From the NCBI GenBank assembly GCA_039589295.1, contig JBDHHR010000001.1, positions 127,558 to 191,557 on the forward strand: a stretch of 64,000 nucleotides of DNA. Reading direction: 5' to 3'. Shown piece after piece: positions 1 through 9,848 of this stretch (position 1 is its first letter; each line of letters begins with the position of its first letter). Under the pieces are notes generated by a model, which saw only the letters and a program-made list of their open reading frames with translations, was not told where the DNA came from and made no database searches. Position numbers and translations under genes: made by a program. This stretch comes from Gemmatimonadota bacterium. Lineage in GTDB: Bacteria; Gemmatimonadota; Gemmatimonadetes; Palauibacterales; Palauibacteraceae.

Positions 1-134
1 AAGCCGCTGCCAACTCCCGCACCTTCTTCGACCAGCACCGCGTGGCCCTCCGACACCAGCGCCTGCACTCCAGCCGGAACCACGGCAATCCGGTTCTCGT
101 TGGGCTTGATCTCCTTCGGGACCCCCACGATCAT
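1..134 (-). CDS. ald: Alanine dehydrogenase, N-terminal fragment (gene runs off window start)
   Basis: Minus-strand translation from ATG at 134-132 reads [44 protein letters not shown]. This is a near-textbook AlaDH N-terminus (B. subtilis [38 protein letters not shown]). A GAGAGGAG Shine-Dalgarno-like motif lies upstream. PntA alpha is a weaker alternative. Confidence 0.6.
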   Translation of the reverse strand, partial: MIVGVPKEIKPNENRIAVVPAGVQALVSEGHAVLVEEGAGVGSG

Positions 135-260
135 ATCGCAGACTCCTCTCACGTTCGTTGTGCCTCGACCTTCGCACGGCGTCGCGCGGCGTGGGGCGCC
201 GACGACGGCGGAGTTGATCTCGGGAATGAAATCCTTCCGACGTCGGTCGACGTCCCGGGA

Positions 261-1541
261 TTATGAAGGCCAAAGTTCCAGAACCGCCAGTCTTTCTGGA
301 TGATAGAGCCGAGCCACGGCCCTCAGATCTTCGCTGGTGACCTCATCGATGACCGCCGCCGTTTCCTCCAGTGAGCGATAGCGGTCGCCGTACATCGCCA
401 GCGCCGCCAGCCGATGCATGCGGGAAGCCGGTGTCTCCAGCGCGAGCATGAGCTGTCCTTTCAGCTGCTCCTTCAAGGCCTTTTCCTCATCCGTAGTAAG
501 GCCAGTCTGCGCTACCCGGAGAAGCTCCTCCAGCAGGGCTTCGCGCGCCGCGTCTGCTGTCTCGAGGCGTGTCCCCAGGTAGGCGCCCGCGTGTCCCCCA
601 GTGCCGTAGAACGACTGGAAGGAGAAGACGCTGTAGGCCAAACCCAACTCCTCACGAATCCTTTGGAAGAGCCGGGAGCTCATGCCGCCACCCAGCGACG
701 TACCCACCAGAATGGCTGCGTAACGCAGTGGATTGGCGTACTCGAAGCCCGGACAGCCAGCCACGATGTGAACCTGCCGTCCGCCGGGTCGATGCACCCT
801 CCGCGATCCGGTCTGCATGGCACCAGGCTCGGAAAGACCGGCGATCGCCGCGGGACCTGCTTCCGGAAGCCACTCTTCGAGTAGATCGAGAAGCACTTCA
901 TGCTCCAGGCACCCCGCTGCGGCGACAACCAAGTTCGACGGACAGTACGCCTGCGAGCGCAGCCTTCGCACGGCATCTACATCGATCCGCTCGAGCGACT
1001 CCCGTGTTCCGAGAATCGGAGCCCCGTATGGATGGTCGCCATACAGGAACTCCGCATGCAGCTCAAATACCAGATCCTCCGGAGTGTCCTCGACTCGCGC
1101 CAGCTCCTCCAGCACGACCTCCCGCTCGACATCGAGGTCGCGTTCCCGCAGCGCGGGAGAGAACGACAGGTCACTCAGTACGTCTATCCCGTCTTGGAGG
1201 TGCGTTGCCGGCACACGGGCCTGGAAGGAGGTGTGCTCGTGCGTCGTATATGCGTCGAGGCTCCCACCGACGCTCTCGATTTCCTCAGCTAACTGCCGGG
1301 CCGACCGCCGCTCCGTGCCCTTGAAGACCAGGTGTTCCAGCAGATGCGCTATTCCACGCTCGCTCGGGTCTTCATGCGCGGTACCGCGCCGAAACCAGAA
1401 CCCGACGGCCACGGACTGAACCGAATCGATACACTCCGAAAGTACTTCCGTACCACCCGCAAGAACCGACCGCCAGATTCCTTCGTCAAGCCGGTCCGTA
1501 GTCGGCGCCGACGCGCGTGCCGGGGTCTCCAGGCTGCGCAT
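261..1541 (-). CDS. M16 family zinc metallopeptidase (insulinase/pitrilysin-like)
   Basis: 426 aa ORF with the inverted zinc motif HLLEHLVFKGT (HxxEH) and the typical M16 two-lobe length. Confidence 0.85.
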   Translation of the reverse strand: MRSLETPARASAPTTDRLDEGIWRSVLAGGTEVLSECIDSVQSVAVGFWFRRGTAHEDPSERGIAHLLEHLVFKGTERRSARQLAEEIESVGGSLDAYTTHEHTSFQARVPATHLQDGIDVLSDLSFSPALRERDLDVEREVVLEELARVEDTPEDLVFELHAEFLYGDHPYGAPILGTRESLERIDVDAVRRLRSQAYCPSNLVVAAAGCLEHEVLLDLLEEWLPEAGPAAIAGLSEPGAMQTGSRRVHRPGGRQVHIVAGCPGFEYANPLRYAAILVGTSLGGGMSSRLFQRIREELGLAYSVFSFQSFYGTGGHAGAYLGTRLETADAAREALLEELLRVAQTGLTTDEEKALKEQLKGQLMLALETPASRMHRLAALAMYGDRYRSLEETAAVIDEVTSEDLRAVARLYHPERLAVLELWPS

Positions 1542-1593
1542 GGATCGCCTAGCGGACGTCCCTCTCCGGCCACCGCGTCAGGCACACGGGGCG

Positions 1594-3681
1594 TCAGCCG
1601 CCCATTGCAGCGCGACGCGAGAGCTTCAGGCGTCCGCGCTCGTCGACCGCCAGCAGCTTGACCTGGACCACATCTCCGTTCTTCACCACGTCCTCGGTCC
1701 TCTCCGTTCGACCTTCCTCGAGCTCGGAGATATGACACAGGCCTTCGACGCCGGGGATTATCTCTACGAACGCCCCGAAACTGGTCGTGTTCTTTACCAC
1801 GCCCTCGTAAACGCGACCCACTTCCGGATCTTCGGCGATCGCCTCGATCATCTCCCGCGCACGCTCGCCACCCTCGCCGGAGATGGAAGAAATCGTGACC
1901 ACACCTGTGTCCTCGATGTTGATCTGAGCTCCGGTCTCCTCCTGCATGGCGCGGATCGTCTTGCCCTTGGGCCCTATTACCTCGCCAATCTTCTCCGGGT
2001 TGATCTGGATGGTCATTATCCGGGGCGCGTACCTCGACATCTCGGAGCGCGGTCTGTCCAGCGTCTGACCCATCACCTCCAGGATGTGCAGGCGGCCGGC
2101 CCTCGCGCGCGCCAGCGCCTCCCGCAAGGTAGCGACACTCAGTCCGGCCGTCTTGACGTCCATCTGGATGGCGGTGATACCGGCAGCGGTGCCGGCGACC
2201 TTGAAGTCCATGTCACCGAGGGCATCCTCCATACCGAGAATGTCGGTCAGCACCGCGACTTGCTCTCCCTCCATGATGAGCCCCATCGCGACGCCCGCGC
2301 AGGGAGCCCGCAGCGGAACGCCGGCATCCATGAGAGCGAGAGACCCTCCGCACACCGTGGCCATGGAACTCGACCCGTTGGATTCCAGGATATCCGACAC
2401 GATGCGGATGGTGTACGGGAAATCGTCGTAGGCCGGAAGGAGTGACTGAAGGGCGCGTTCCGCCAGCAGGCCGTGGCCGATCTCGCGGCGGCCGGGCCCC
2501 CGGAACGGACGAACCTCCCCCACTGAGAACGGGGGAAAGTTGTAGTGCAGCATGAAAGATTTCGATGTCTCTTCCCGCACGTCGATGGAATCGATGCGCT
2601 GCTCGTCCTGAATCGTTCCCAGCGTGGCCACACACAGAGCCTGCGTCTGGCCTCGCGTGAACAGTGCCGAGCCGTGTGTGCGTGGCAGAATCCCGACGTC
2701 GGAGGAGATCGGCCGGATCTGGTCGAGCCTGCGGCCGTCGACACGCTCGCCCCGCTCGAGGATCTGGGCGCGCATCGTCTCCTTCTCGAGGCTCTTCATG
2801 ACGCTGCGCACCTCATCCAGGCTCTCCGCATACTCTTCCTCGAGCTCGGCCACCACGGACTCGCGCAGCACCGAGAGTGCCTGGTTACGCTCCTCCTTGT
2901 TCGGCAAGCCTATGGCCTCAGCCACCCTGCCCGCCGCCCGTTCGCGAACCGTCGCCTCCAGCTCGGGGGGAATCTCCTTGCTCTCATACTCGAACTTCTG
3001 CGGCGGACCCCCAATGACCTCGATAAGCTCTTCCTGAAGATCGATGAGTTCCCGGATCGCGGCATGGGCTACCTCGAGCACATCGATCATCTCGTCTTCG
3101 GAGATCTCCGCGGCCGCGCCTTCCACCATGACGATCGACTCACGCATCCCCGCGACAACCATGTCCATGTCGGAGAAGTCGAGTTGTTCGAAGGTGGGGT
3201 TGATCACCCACTCGCCGTCTATCCTGCCGACCCGCACCCCGGCGATAGGACCACCCCACGGTATCGGCGAGATGCTGAGAGCGGCCGATGCACCGAGCAT
3301 GCCGAGCACATCCGCGTCGTTCTCCTGGTCAGCCGAGATGATGAAGCACGCCACCTGTGTCTCGTTCGAATAGCCGTCCGGGAAGAGCGGACGCAGCGGA
3401 CGGTCTATCTGGCGCGCCGAGACGATCTCCTTGTCGCTCGGCCGTCCTTCCCTCTTTATGAACCCTCCCGGGAATTTGCCGGCCGCGTACGTCTTCGCCC
3501 TGTACTCCACCGTCAATGGAAAGAACGGGAAGTGTGAACGCTTCCGTTCCGCCACCGCCGTAACGAGCACTACCGCGTCACCGTACTGTACTAGCACCGA
3601 CCCATCCGCTTGACGCGCCATGCGCCCTGTCTCGAGGACCAGCCTCCGTCCGGCGAATTCTTTCTCTATCCTATGTGCCAT
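1594..3681 (-). CDS. pnp: Polyribonucleotide nucleotidyltransferase (PNPase)
   Basis: 695 aa with two RNase PH-like domains and C-terminal KH and S1 domains. The N-terminus MAHRIEKEFAGRRLVLETGRMARQADGSV is characteristic. It sits immediately downstream of rpsO. Confidence 0.95.
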   Translation of the reverse strand: MAHRIEKEFAGRRLVLETGRMARQADGSVLVQYGDAVVLVTAVAERKRSHFPFFPLTVEYRAKTYAAGKFPGGFIKREGRPSDKEIVSARQIDRPLRPLFPDGYSNETQVACFIISADQENDADVLGMLGASAALSISPIPWGGPIAGVRVGRIDGEWVINPTFEQLDFSDMDMVVAGMRESIVMVEGAAAEISEDEMIDVLEVAHAAIRELIDLQEELIEVIGGPPQKFEYESKEIPPELEATVRERAAGRVAEAIGLPNKEERNQALSVLRESVVAELEEEYAESLDEVRSVMKSLEKETMRAQILERGERVDGRRLDQIRPISSDVGILPRTHGSALFTRGQTQALCVATLGTIQDEQRIDSIDVREETSKSFMLHYNFPPFSVGEVRPFRGPGRREIGHGLLAERALQSLLPAYDDFPYTIRIVSDILESNGSSSMATVCGGSLALMDAGVPLRAPCAGVAMGLIMEGEQVAVLTDILGMEDALGDMDFKVAGTAAGITAIQMDVKTAGLSVATLREALARARAGRLHILEVMGQTLDRPRSEMSRYAPRIMTIQINPEKIGEVIGPKGKTIRAMQEETGAQINIEDTGVVTISSISGEGGERAREMIEAIAEDPEVGRVYEGVVKNTTSFGAFVEIIPGVEGLCHISELEEGRTERTEDVVKNGDVVQVKLLAVDERGRLKLSRRAAMGG

Positions 3682-3876
3682 TTTTCCTGCTACCTCTTCT
3701 TCTCGTTTCTGTGCTTCTCGTCTTTGCTCCGCTCAGCCTCTTCGCTTCCGCCTGACGCTCACCGCGCCGCCGCTCCTGTATCGGGCTGCCGTTATACCGC
3801 GATGCACGAACGCGGCAGCCTGCCGGCGCGCTGTAAGCGACCGACCGACCACCGCGTCTCCCGGCCCCCCTCCACT

Positions 3877-4146
3877 CTAGCGGCGCAGCCCCAACTCTTT
3901 GATTGTGGCCCGATAACTATCGAAATCGTTCTTCTTCAGGTAGTCCAGCAGGCGCCGGCGCCGTCCCACCATCTTCAGCAGGCCTCGCCGGCTGTGGTGA
4001 TCTTTGGGGTGCGCCCGGAAATGCTCTGTAAGCTGCTCGATGCGCTTCGTGAGCTGAGCAGCCTGCACGGCCGAACCGCCGCAGTCGGCCTCGTGCAACC
4101 CCAATTCCTCGACGATTCTCTTCTTCTCTTCCGTACCCAAAGTCAT
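3877..4146 (-). CDS. rpsO: 30S ribosomal protein S15
   Basis: [72 protein letters not shown] is a strong S15 match. The track ORF is N-terminally extended, so the start was trimmed to the MTLG methionine. Confidence 0.9.
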   Translation of the reverse strand: MTLGTEEKKRIVEELGLHEADCGGSAVQAAQLTKRIEQLTEHFRAHPKDHHSRRGLLKMVGRRRRLLDYLKKNDFDSYRATIKELGLRR

Positions 4147-4279
4147 CTGGAATTGTCCTTCGCGATTCGCGTTCACGACCGGACAACCCCCGCGGTCGCG
4201 ATGCCCGTCGAATAATAAGCAGTAAAGACTAACCTTCAGGCGCAAACATGTAAAGAAGCTGTACCGGGCCCTGACCCGC

Positions 4280-5245
4280 TCATTCGGCCGGCCCGTCCCT
4301 GCCGGCCTCGCCTGCGAAGTACTCCAGGGCCGCTGCCCGGTCCACCTGCATCTGCTCGACTAACTCCGCCGCCGAGGCGAAGGGACGCACGTCTCTGATC
4401 CTCTTGAGGAAGTCTACCCGCACGGTCTCCCCATAGATTTCGCCATCGAAGTCCAGGATGTACAACTCGATCGACGGGGGAGACCCCGCGAATGTCGGCC
4501 GCGGGCCCAAGTGCAGGAGTGCCGGTCGAATCTCGGTGCGGAGTGAGGCGAGAACGGCGTAGATGCCCCGGCAAGGCAGCAGCTTCCCGCCGCCGGGAGC
4601 CTGAATGTTCGCCGTGGGAAAGCCGAGGTGCCGGCCCCGGCCCATGCCGTACACGACCGGACCGCGGAAGGAGTATGGGCGGCCGAGCTGCCGTGAAACC
4701 TGCTCCACCTGCCCGGCGGCAACTGCCCGGCGCAGGTTGGTGGACGAGACGGGCTGGCTATCCACTCTCACAGCACCGACCACATCCACCGCGAAGCCGA
4801 GCTCCTCCCCCAGGTGGCGGAGAAGTTCGATGCCACCACTCCGCCCCTTCCCAAAACCGTGATCGTATCCGATGACCAGTTCCCGCACTCTGAAACGGTT
4901 CACCAGAACCAAGCGCACGAACTCTTCCGGCGAATAACACGACAGCGAGCGCGTGAACGGTAGGAAGGCCACGTAATCAAGACCTGACTGTGTCAGGATC
5001 TCCTTCTTTTCGTCGGCAGTGGTGAGGAGATGAGGCGCTACTTCAGGCCTGACCACGGTCAGAGGATGACGATCGAACGTCACCAGGACGCTTCCGAGCT
5101 GGCGGCGCTCGGCTCGCAGCGCGATCTCCTGCAGCACTGCCCAGTGACCCAGGTGAATCCCGTCGAAGCTTCCCACCGTAACGACCGTTCCGGACACGTC
5201 GGCTGGCAGGCCGCTGTCAGCGTAGCTCTTGAATTCAGCCGACAC
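4280..5245 (-). CDS. ribF: Bifunctional riboflavin kinase / FMN adenylyltransferase
   Basis: Carries the [18 protein letters not shown] adenylyltransferase motif and a C-terminal riboflavin kinase domain. The start is uncertain because the track ORF overlaps truB, so a later start is likely. Confidence 0.85.
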   Translation of the reverse strand: MSAEFKSYADSGLPADVSGTVVTVGSFDGIHLGHWAVLQEIALRAERRQLGSVLVTFDRHPLTVVRPEVAPHLLTTADEKKEILTQSGLDYVAFLPFTRSLSCYSPEEFVRLVLVNRFRVRELVIGYDHGFGKGRSGGIELLRHLGEELGFAVDVVGAVRVDSQPVSSTNLRRAVAAGQVEQVSRQLGRPYSFRGPVVYGMGRGRHLGFPTANIQAPGGGKLLPCRGIYAVLASLRTEIRPALLHLGPRPTFAGSPPSIELYILDFDGEIYGETVRVDFLKRIRDVRPFASAAELVEQMQVDRAAALEYFAGEAGRDGPAE

Positions 5246-6170
5246 GGAACACCTTGACCGGTTGCAGGTGCGTTCCCTCGCGCCGGGCAACAGCTACGAG
5301 TGTGCCCTTGAACAGGAGAGCGATCGGTCCATCGGCGGCCGGGGGGTAACCGGCCGGGAGCGTGGACGGTTCGATGGCCGACGCCGGTATTGTTCCACCG
5401 TGGGCCACTCGTTCCGCTTCCGCTTCTCCGAGCTTCCTCGCGTCCATCCAGCCGACGGCCTCTGCCGGACTGCGCCATGCGCGCCTCAGGCTTCCCGCTG
5501 ACTCCGCCAGGCGGTCCGCGGGCACCGCCTCGTTCAGGGTGAAAGGTCCGATCTCCGACCGACGCAAGGCGCCCAAATGGGCCAGGCAGCCGAGGGCTCG
5601 TCCTGCATCCCGCGCCAAGGCACGAATGTAGGTACCCGTCGACACGACGAAGTCTACCGTCGCCTCAGGCGGATGGAATTCATGTAACCGCGCTGAGAAC
5701 ACCCGCACGCTGCTCGTCGGCAAAACGAGCCGTTCCCCCGCGCGAGCTGCCTCGTATGCCCGGCGACCCGCAATTCGCTTGGCTGAAAAGGCTGGCGGAA
5801 CCTGGTCCCTCTCACCCTCCATCCCGACGAGGGTTGCTTCTACGTCGGTTCGCGACAATCCACGCCATGCCTCCGAGCGGCGGAGCTCCGTTCCGGTGCG
5901 GTCGTCGGTTTCGGTCTCCGATCCGAACACGATCCTGGCGCTGTACCTCTTTGGAAGCAGGTGGAAGAAAGACGCGAGGCGCGTCCCCGCTCCCAGACAC
6001 AGGATCAGGAGGCCGCTGGCGAAAGGATCCAGTGTACCGGTATGGCCAATCCGGCGTTCCTCAAGGACACGGCGCGCCCGCACGACCACACCGTGTGACG
6101 TCGGCCCCTCCGGCTTGTCAACCAGGAGAACACCTGCCTGGAGCTCTTCAGTCTGGGGTGCCCGACTCAT
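5235..6170 (-). CDS. truB: tRNA pseudouridine(55) synthase
   Basis: VLLVDKPEGPTSHGVVVRARRVLEERRIGHTGTLDPFASGLLILCLG is the TruB catalytic motif (HTGTLDP). Its position after rbfA is classic. Confidence 0.9.
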   Translation of the reverse strand: MSRAPQTEELQAGVLLVDKPEGPTSHGVVVRARRVLEERRIGHTGTLDPFASGLLILCLGAGTRLASFFHLLPKRYSARIVFGSETETDDRTGTELRRSEAWRGLSRTDVEATLVGMEGERDQVPPAFSAKRIAGRRAYEAARAGERLVLPTSSVRVFSARLHEFHPPEATVDFVVSTGTYIRALARDAGRALGCLAHLGALRRSEIGPFTLNEAVPADRLAESAGSLRRAWRSPAEAVGWMDARKLGEAEAERVAHGGTIPASAIEPSTLPAGYPPAADGPIALLFKGTLVAVARREGTHLQPVKVFRVG

Positions 6171-6516
6171 CCGAGTCTCCGAGCGCCTCCTTCAGGAGGG
6201 TCTCTATCCGCCGGGCGTGTTCCAGGGTGTGGTCCGCCTGGAACCTGAGTTCGGGGACTCGACGCAGCCGCAACTCCCGGCCCATCCTCCCGCGGATGAA
6301 GCCCTCCGCCCGTTCAAGCCCGGCAATCGCCTCGGTCACCCGCGACGGGTCGGACAGGGTGCGCACGAATACGGTGGCGTGCATGAGGTCCGAGGTCGTC
6401 TCGACCCGCGTTACCGTCACCGAGGCAACTCGTGGATCCTTCAGCTCCGCATGGAGCAAACGGGCCAGCTCCTCCCGAAGCGCACGGTTCACCCGTTCCA
6501 TCCGGCGGCGGGCCAT
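6148..6516 (-). CDS. rbfA: Ribosome-binding factor A
   Basis: RVNRALREELARLLHAELKDPRVASVTVTRVETTSDL is typical RbfA, in the usual position after infB. Confidence 0.85.
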   Translation of the reverse strand: MARRRMERVNRALREELARLLHAELKDPRVASVTVTRVETTSDLMHATVFVRTLSDPSRVTEAIAGLERAEGFIRGRMGRELRLRRVPELRFQADHTLEHARRIETLLKEALGDSDESGTPD

Positions 6517-6803
6517 CAGAGGTGTCCTATCTCCCTTTCGACCACGAACACCCGGGGATCGGACGAGACGGCCTCATCCAGCCGGGTGAGAATCGAATCG
6601 GCCAGCTTCGCGTCCGAGGTCACCAGTGCAACGCTGATCTCGGTCATGCGGCGGTCATTCTGGTAGCCCGTCTCGGCAGCGGATACCTGGAACCGAGCTC
6701 GGATCCGGTCGCGCAGACTGTGGACCACCCGGCGCTTCTCCTTGAGAGACGGGCAGTCCGGGATTCGAAGGACCCACCTCCCTACGCCTACTACCGCGAC
6801 CAC
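6516..6803 (-). CDS. DUF503 family protein (YlxP-like)
   Basis: VVAVVGVGRWVLRIPDCPSLKEKRRVVHSLRDRI has the xSLKEKRR signature of DUF503, in the conserved infB-DUF503-rbfA position. The start was trimmed to an internal GTG so it does not overlap infB. Confidence 0.7.
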   Translation of the reverse strand: MVAVVGVGRWVLRIPDCPSLKEKRRVVHSLRDRIRARFQVSAAETGYQNDRRMTEISVALVTSDAKLADSILTRLDEAVSSDPRVFVVEREIGHL

Positions 6804-6834
6804 GGACCCGGTCGGAGAGTGTGGGGGCGGGTGC

Positions 6835-9513
6835 CTACCGCTGAGTCCCACTCTCGGCCAGCGTGCGCGCGACCTCCTCCACCCGGTAGCATTCGATCAC
6901 GTCGCCGACCTTGATGTCGTTGAAGCCCTCGATGGCTATCCCGCATTCGTACCCGTCGCGAACCTCACGCACGTCTTCCTTGAAGCGGCGCAGGCTCCCG
7001 ATCCTTCCGTCGTAGATCTGGACGTACTCGCGCAGCAAACGAACCGCATGGTTCCGCTGAATCGTGCCCGAGACGACGAAACACCCGGCGACCGTGCCTA
7101 CCTTGGGAACGCGGAATGTCTCCCTCACCTCCGCCGAACCGACTAGGATCTCGCGCTGCTCCGGCTTCAGCAGGCCCTCCAGGGCCAACCTGACCTCCTC
7201 CACCGCCTCGTAGATCACGTTGTAAGTGCGGACGTCGACTCCATCCCGCTCCGCGACCTCGCGAGCCTTTGCCGTCGGGCGCACGTGGAAACCGATCACC
7301 GCGGCTGATGTGGTTGTGGCGAGCAGGACATCCGACTCGTTGATTGCGCCCACACCTCGGTGGATCACCTCGACGGCTACCTCGGATGTGCTGAGCTGCT
7401 CGAGCGAATCGGACAGGGCTTGGACCGAGCCGTCCGTGTCGCCCTTGATGATCAGGTTCAGGTTTGCTTGGCCCTCGGCTTGGATTGCCGCGAACAGGTC
7501 CTCCAGTCGAGTGCCCTTCGCCCGCCGCCGAATCTCCTTCTCCCGCTCCAGCTGCTGCCGCCGTGACACGATCTCGCGCACCCGAGCCGCATCCATCTCT
7601 ACCAGCTTGTCGCCGGCCTGCGGTACGCCCTCCAATCCCAGAACCTGGATGGGAATCGACGGACCAGCGGCGTCGACGGGGTTGCCGCGCTCATCGAGCA
7701 GCGCCCGGATTCGACCTCCAAACATTCCGCAGATGAAGTCGTCTCCGACGTTCAGCTCCCCACTCTGCACCAGCACCGTGGCCACGGCTCCCATGCCCTT
7801 GTCCAGCTCGGCTTCAACCACCGTCCCGCGCGCAGCGCCGGTGGGGACGGCCTTGAGGTCCAGCATTTCAGCCTGCAGGAGCAGCTTCTCAAGGAGGTCG
7901 TCGACACCCGCGCCGGTCTTGGCCGAGACTTCCGCCGCCAGAACCTCACCGCCGAATTCCTCGAGTATGACTTCCTGGGACAGCAGGTCCTGCTTCACCT
8001 TCTGTACGTCGGCCGTCGGCAGATCGACCTTGTTGATCGCCACAACCATCGGCACGCCGGCGTTACGCGCGTGGCTTATCGCCTCCACCGTCTGCGGCAT
8101 CACGGCGTCGTCGGCCGCGACCACCAGGATCACGACGTCCGTCATCTCAGCGCCCCTCGCCCGCATCGCCGTGAAGGCCTCGTGCCCGGGAGTATCCAGG
8201 AAGGTCACCGAACGGCCCGCGGACAGCCGAACGGTATACGCGCCCATGTGTTGCGTGATGCCACCAGCCTCGCCCGCGATCACGTTCGTCTCCCGGACAT
8301 AGTCGAGGAGGGAGGTCTTTCCGTGGTCCACGTGACCCATAACAGTCACCACCGGAGCCCGGTCGACCTTCTCGCCCTCCACTTCCGCTTCCTCCTGGAC
8401 GTCCATCAGGTCGGCCTCATACGCCTCTTCACGCACGGCCAGGTAGTCGAACGCCTCGCAGATGAGTTCGATCTGGTCGAAGTCCAGTCGCTGGTTGATC
8501 GTCACCATCAGGCCCAAGTTCTTGAACGCCGAGGTGATGATAGCCTGCGGCGTCTCGTCGATCAGGTCCGCCAGCTCGGCCACGGTGAGGAACTCGTTGA
8601 CCCGCACGGTTATCTTCTCGGCCTCGAGCTCCTGCTCGCGGCGCTCGCGCTCGGCTTCCTCCTCAGACGGAGTGGCGTCGCGCCGACGCCTACGTCCGGT
8701 CGTACCGGCGCCCATCGCCGCGAGCGTCTTCTTGACGCTCTCCTCAACCGCTTCACGGTCCACCATTCCATGGCGCTTCCGATCACGCCGGCTTCTCCGC
8801 CGCCCGTCGGTCGTGTACCCCTCGGCCTGGATATGGACGGTCCCTCCGGGGCCTGCGGAAGCGGCCGGAGCGGCTGGCACGGCGGGAGTTGAGGGCAGTC
8901 CGCGACGCACCGGGCTGGGCTTGACCACCGGCTTCCCGGGCTCTTCCGGCTCGAGAGCGGCGGCCGGCTCGCGTACCTGCTCCCCGGCGGCCGGCTCCGG
9001 TATCTGCTCCTCGGCCGGCGGCTCTGCGGCCTCCATCGGCTCAGCGGGCTCTGCCGGCATCTCGACGACAGCTTCCTCGTCGGCCTCTTCCGTAGCCTCC
9101 ACCCCGAGCTCTGCCAACGTCGGTTCAACCGCTTCCTCTTCCGCGATCACATCGGATGCTACCTCTTCCGCGGACGGTACCGGCACCTCTTCTTCCAGAA
9201 ACTCTTCTTCCTCCGCCCCGGCCACTTCCGTCGCGACCGCCTCGACCTCCTCTCCCGACGCCTCGGGCTCTACCGGCTGCGGCTGTCGACGACGCCTGCG
9301 CCTGCGTGTGGCCGGCGGCGACTCGTCCTCCACCAACTCCGCTCCAACCCGCCGTTCGCGCTCCAACCGCGCATGCAGGCGTGCGATCTGCGCCTCTGTT
9401 ACGGTGGACATGTGACTGCGAACCCGAACGTCCATCTGATGAAGCATCTGTATCAGCTGCTTGCTCTCGACGCCCAGTTCCTCGGCCACTTCGTAGACCC
9501 GGTAGTTCGTCAA
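6835..9513 (-). CDS. infB: Translation initiation factor IF-2
   Basis: 892 aa with a low-complexity acidic/Pro-Ala N-terminus followed by the G-domain (VVTVMGHVDHGKTSLLD, DTPGHEAF, NKVD) and C-terminal beta-barrels. Confidence 0.95.
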   Translation of the reverse strand: MTNYRVYEVAEELGVESKQLIQMLHQMDVRVRSHMSTVTEAQIARLHARLERERRVGAELVEDESPPATRRRRRRRQPQPVEPEASGEEVEAVATEVAGAEEEEFLEEEVPVPSAEEVASDVIAEEEAVEPTLAELGVEATEEADEEAVVEMPAEPAEPMEAAEPPAEEQIPEPAAGEQVREPAAALEPEEPGKPVVKPSPVRRGLPSTPAVPAAPAASAGPGGTVHIQAEGYTTDGRRRSRRDRKRHGMVDREAVEESVKKTLAAMGAGTTGRRRRRDATPSEEEAERERREQELEAEKITVRVNEFLTVAELADLIDETPQAIITSAFKNLGLMVTINQRLDFDQIELICEAFDYLAVREEAYEADLMDVQEEAEVEGEKVDRAPVVTVMGHVDHGKTSLLDYVRETNVIAGEAGGITQHMGAYTVRLSAGRSVTFLDTPGHEAFTAMRARGAEMTDVVILVVAADDAVMPQTVEAISHARNAGVPMVVAINKVDLPTADVQKVKQDLLSQEVILEEFGGEVLAAEVSAKTGAGVDDLLEKLLLQAEMLDLKAVPTGAARGTVVEAELDKGMGAVATVLVQSGELNVGDDFICGMFGGRIRALLDERGNPVDAAGPSIPIQVLGLEGVPQAGDKLVEMDAARVREIVSRRQQLEREKEIRRRAKGTRLEDLFAAIQAEGQANLNLIIKGDTDGSVQALSDSLEQLSTSEVAVEVIHRGVGAINESDVLLATTTSAAVIGFHVRPTAKAREVAERDGVDVRTYNVIYEAVEEVRLALEGLLKPEQREILVGSAEVRETFRVPKVGTVAGCFVVSGTIQRNHAVRLLREYVQIYDGRIGSLRRFKEDVREVRDGYECGIAIEGFNDIKVGDVIECYRVEEVARTLAESGTQR

Positions 9514-9848
9514 CTGCCGCCCTCCCGCGCGTTACCGCCGTCTTCGCTCAATTCCTCCATGATTTGCCTGGCGATATCGCCGTCCCGAACGCCCACCACG
9601 ACCACCCGCTGCCGACCGAGTGCCCGCCCCAGGGTCTCGCCGTCGCCGCATTCCGCCAGCGGGACTCCCCGCGCGGTCAGCAGCGGCACTACCCTCTCCC
9701 TGGCGTTGGGGCCCGCGTCACGCGCCAGCAGTGCCGCAGCCAGCTGGCCTTTCCTGGCAGCTTCGCGGACCGGCCGCGTGCCAACCACGGCCAGACCTCC
9801 CCGCTGTGCCAGTCCCAGCAACCGCAATGAGCGAATCTCCTGCGTCAC
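9510..9848 (-). CDS. L7Ae-family ribosomal-protein-like protein (YlxQ-like)
   Basis: 112 aa ORF between nusA and infB with an L7Ae-like pattern (GLAQRGGLAVVGTRPV...VVVVGVRDG). Its position matches ylxQ of the nusA-infB operon. Confidence 0.6.
   Translation of the reverse strand: MTQEIRSLRLLGLAQRGGLAVVGTRPVREAARKGQLAAALLARDAGPNARERVVPLLTARGVPLAECGDGETLGRALGRQRVVVVGVRDGDIARQIMEELSEDGGNAREGGS

Noticed and set aside
200-245. Palindrome GACGTCGACCGACGTC downstream of the M16 peptidase gene
   Set aside because: A short stem with a 2-nt loop and no following U-run. Not convincing as a terminator.
42-303. Plus-strand ORFs 42..266 and 100..303 at the window start
   Set aside because: The opposite strand encodes a textbook alanine dehydrogenase N-terminus with an SD. 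The plus ORFs are antisense artefacts.
7226-8302. Long plus-strand ORF (358 aa) antisense to infB. Similar long antisense or out-of-frame ORFs occur at 10475..11614, 13258..14316, 17580..18458, 22530..23726, 23946..25643, 27258..28016, 35386..36270, 42424..43299, 43458..44771, 46768..47895, 47018..48406, 48631..49623, 49506..50666, 50910..52178, 53811..54941, 56802..57809, 57557..58525, 59294..60496 and 60650..61660.
   Set aside because: These are Ser/Arg/Pro/Ala-rich low-complexity translations that overlap strongly supported genes on the opposite strand or in another frame. Such ORFs are typical stop-codon-poor artefacts of roughly 68% GC DNA.
8600-9400. Repetitive GC-rich tracts inside infB and nusA C-terminal acidic repeats that superficially look like tandem repeats
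   Set aside because: They encode the low-complexity Pro/Ala/Glu linker of IF-2 and the acidic tail of NusA. They have no CRISPR-like spacer/repeat periodicity.
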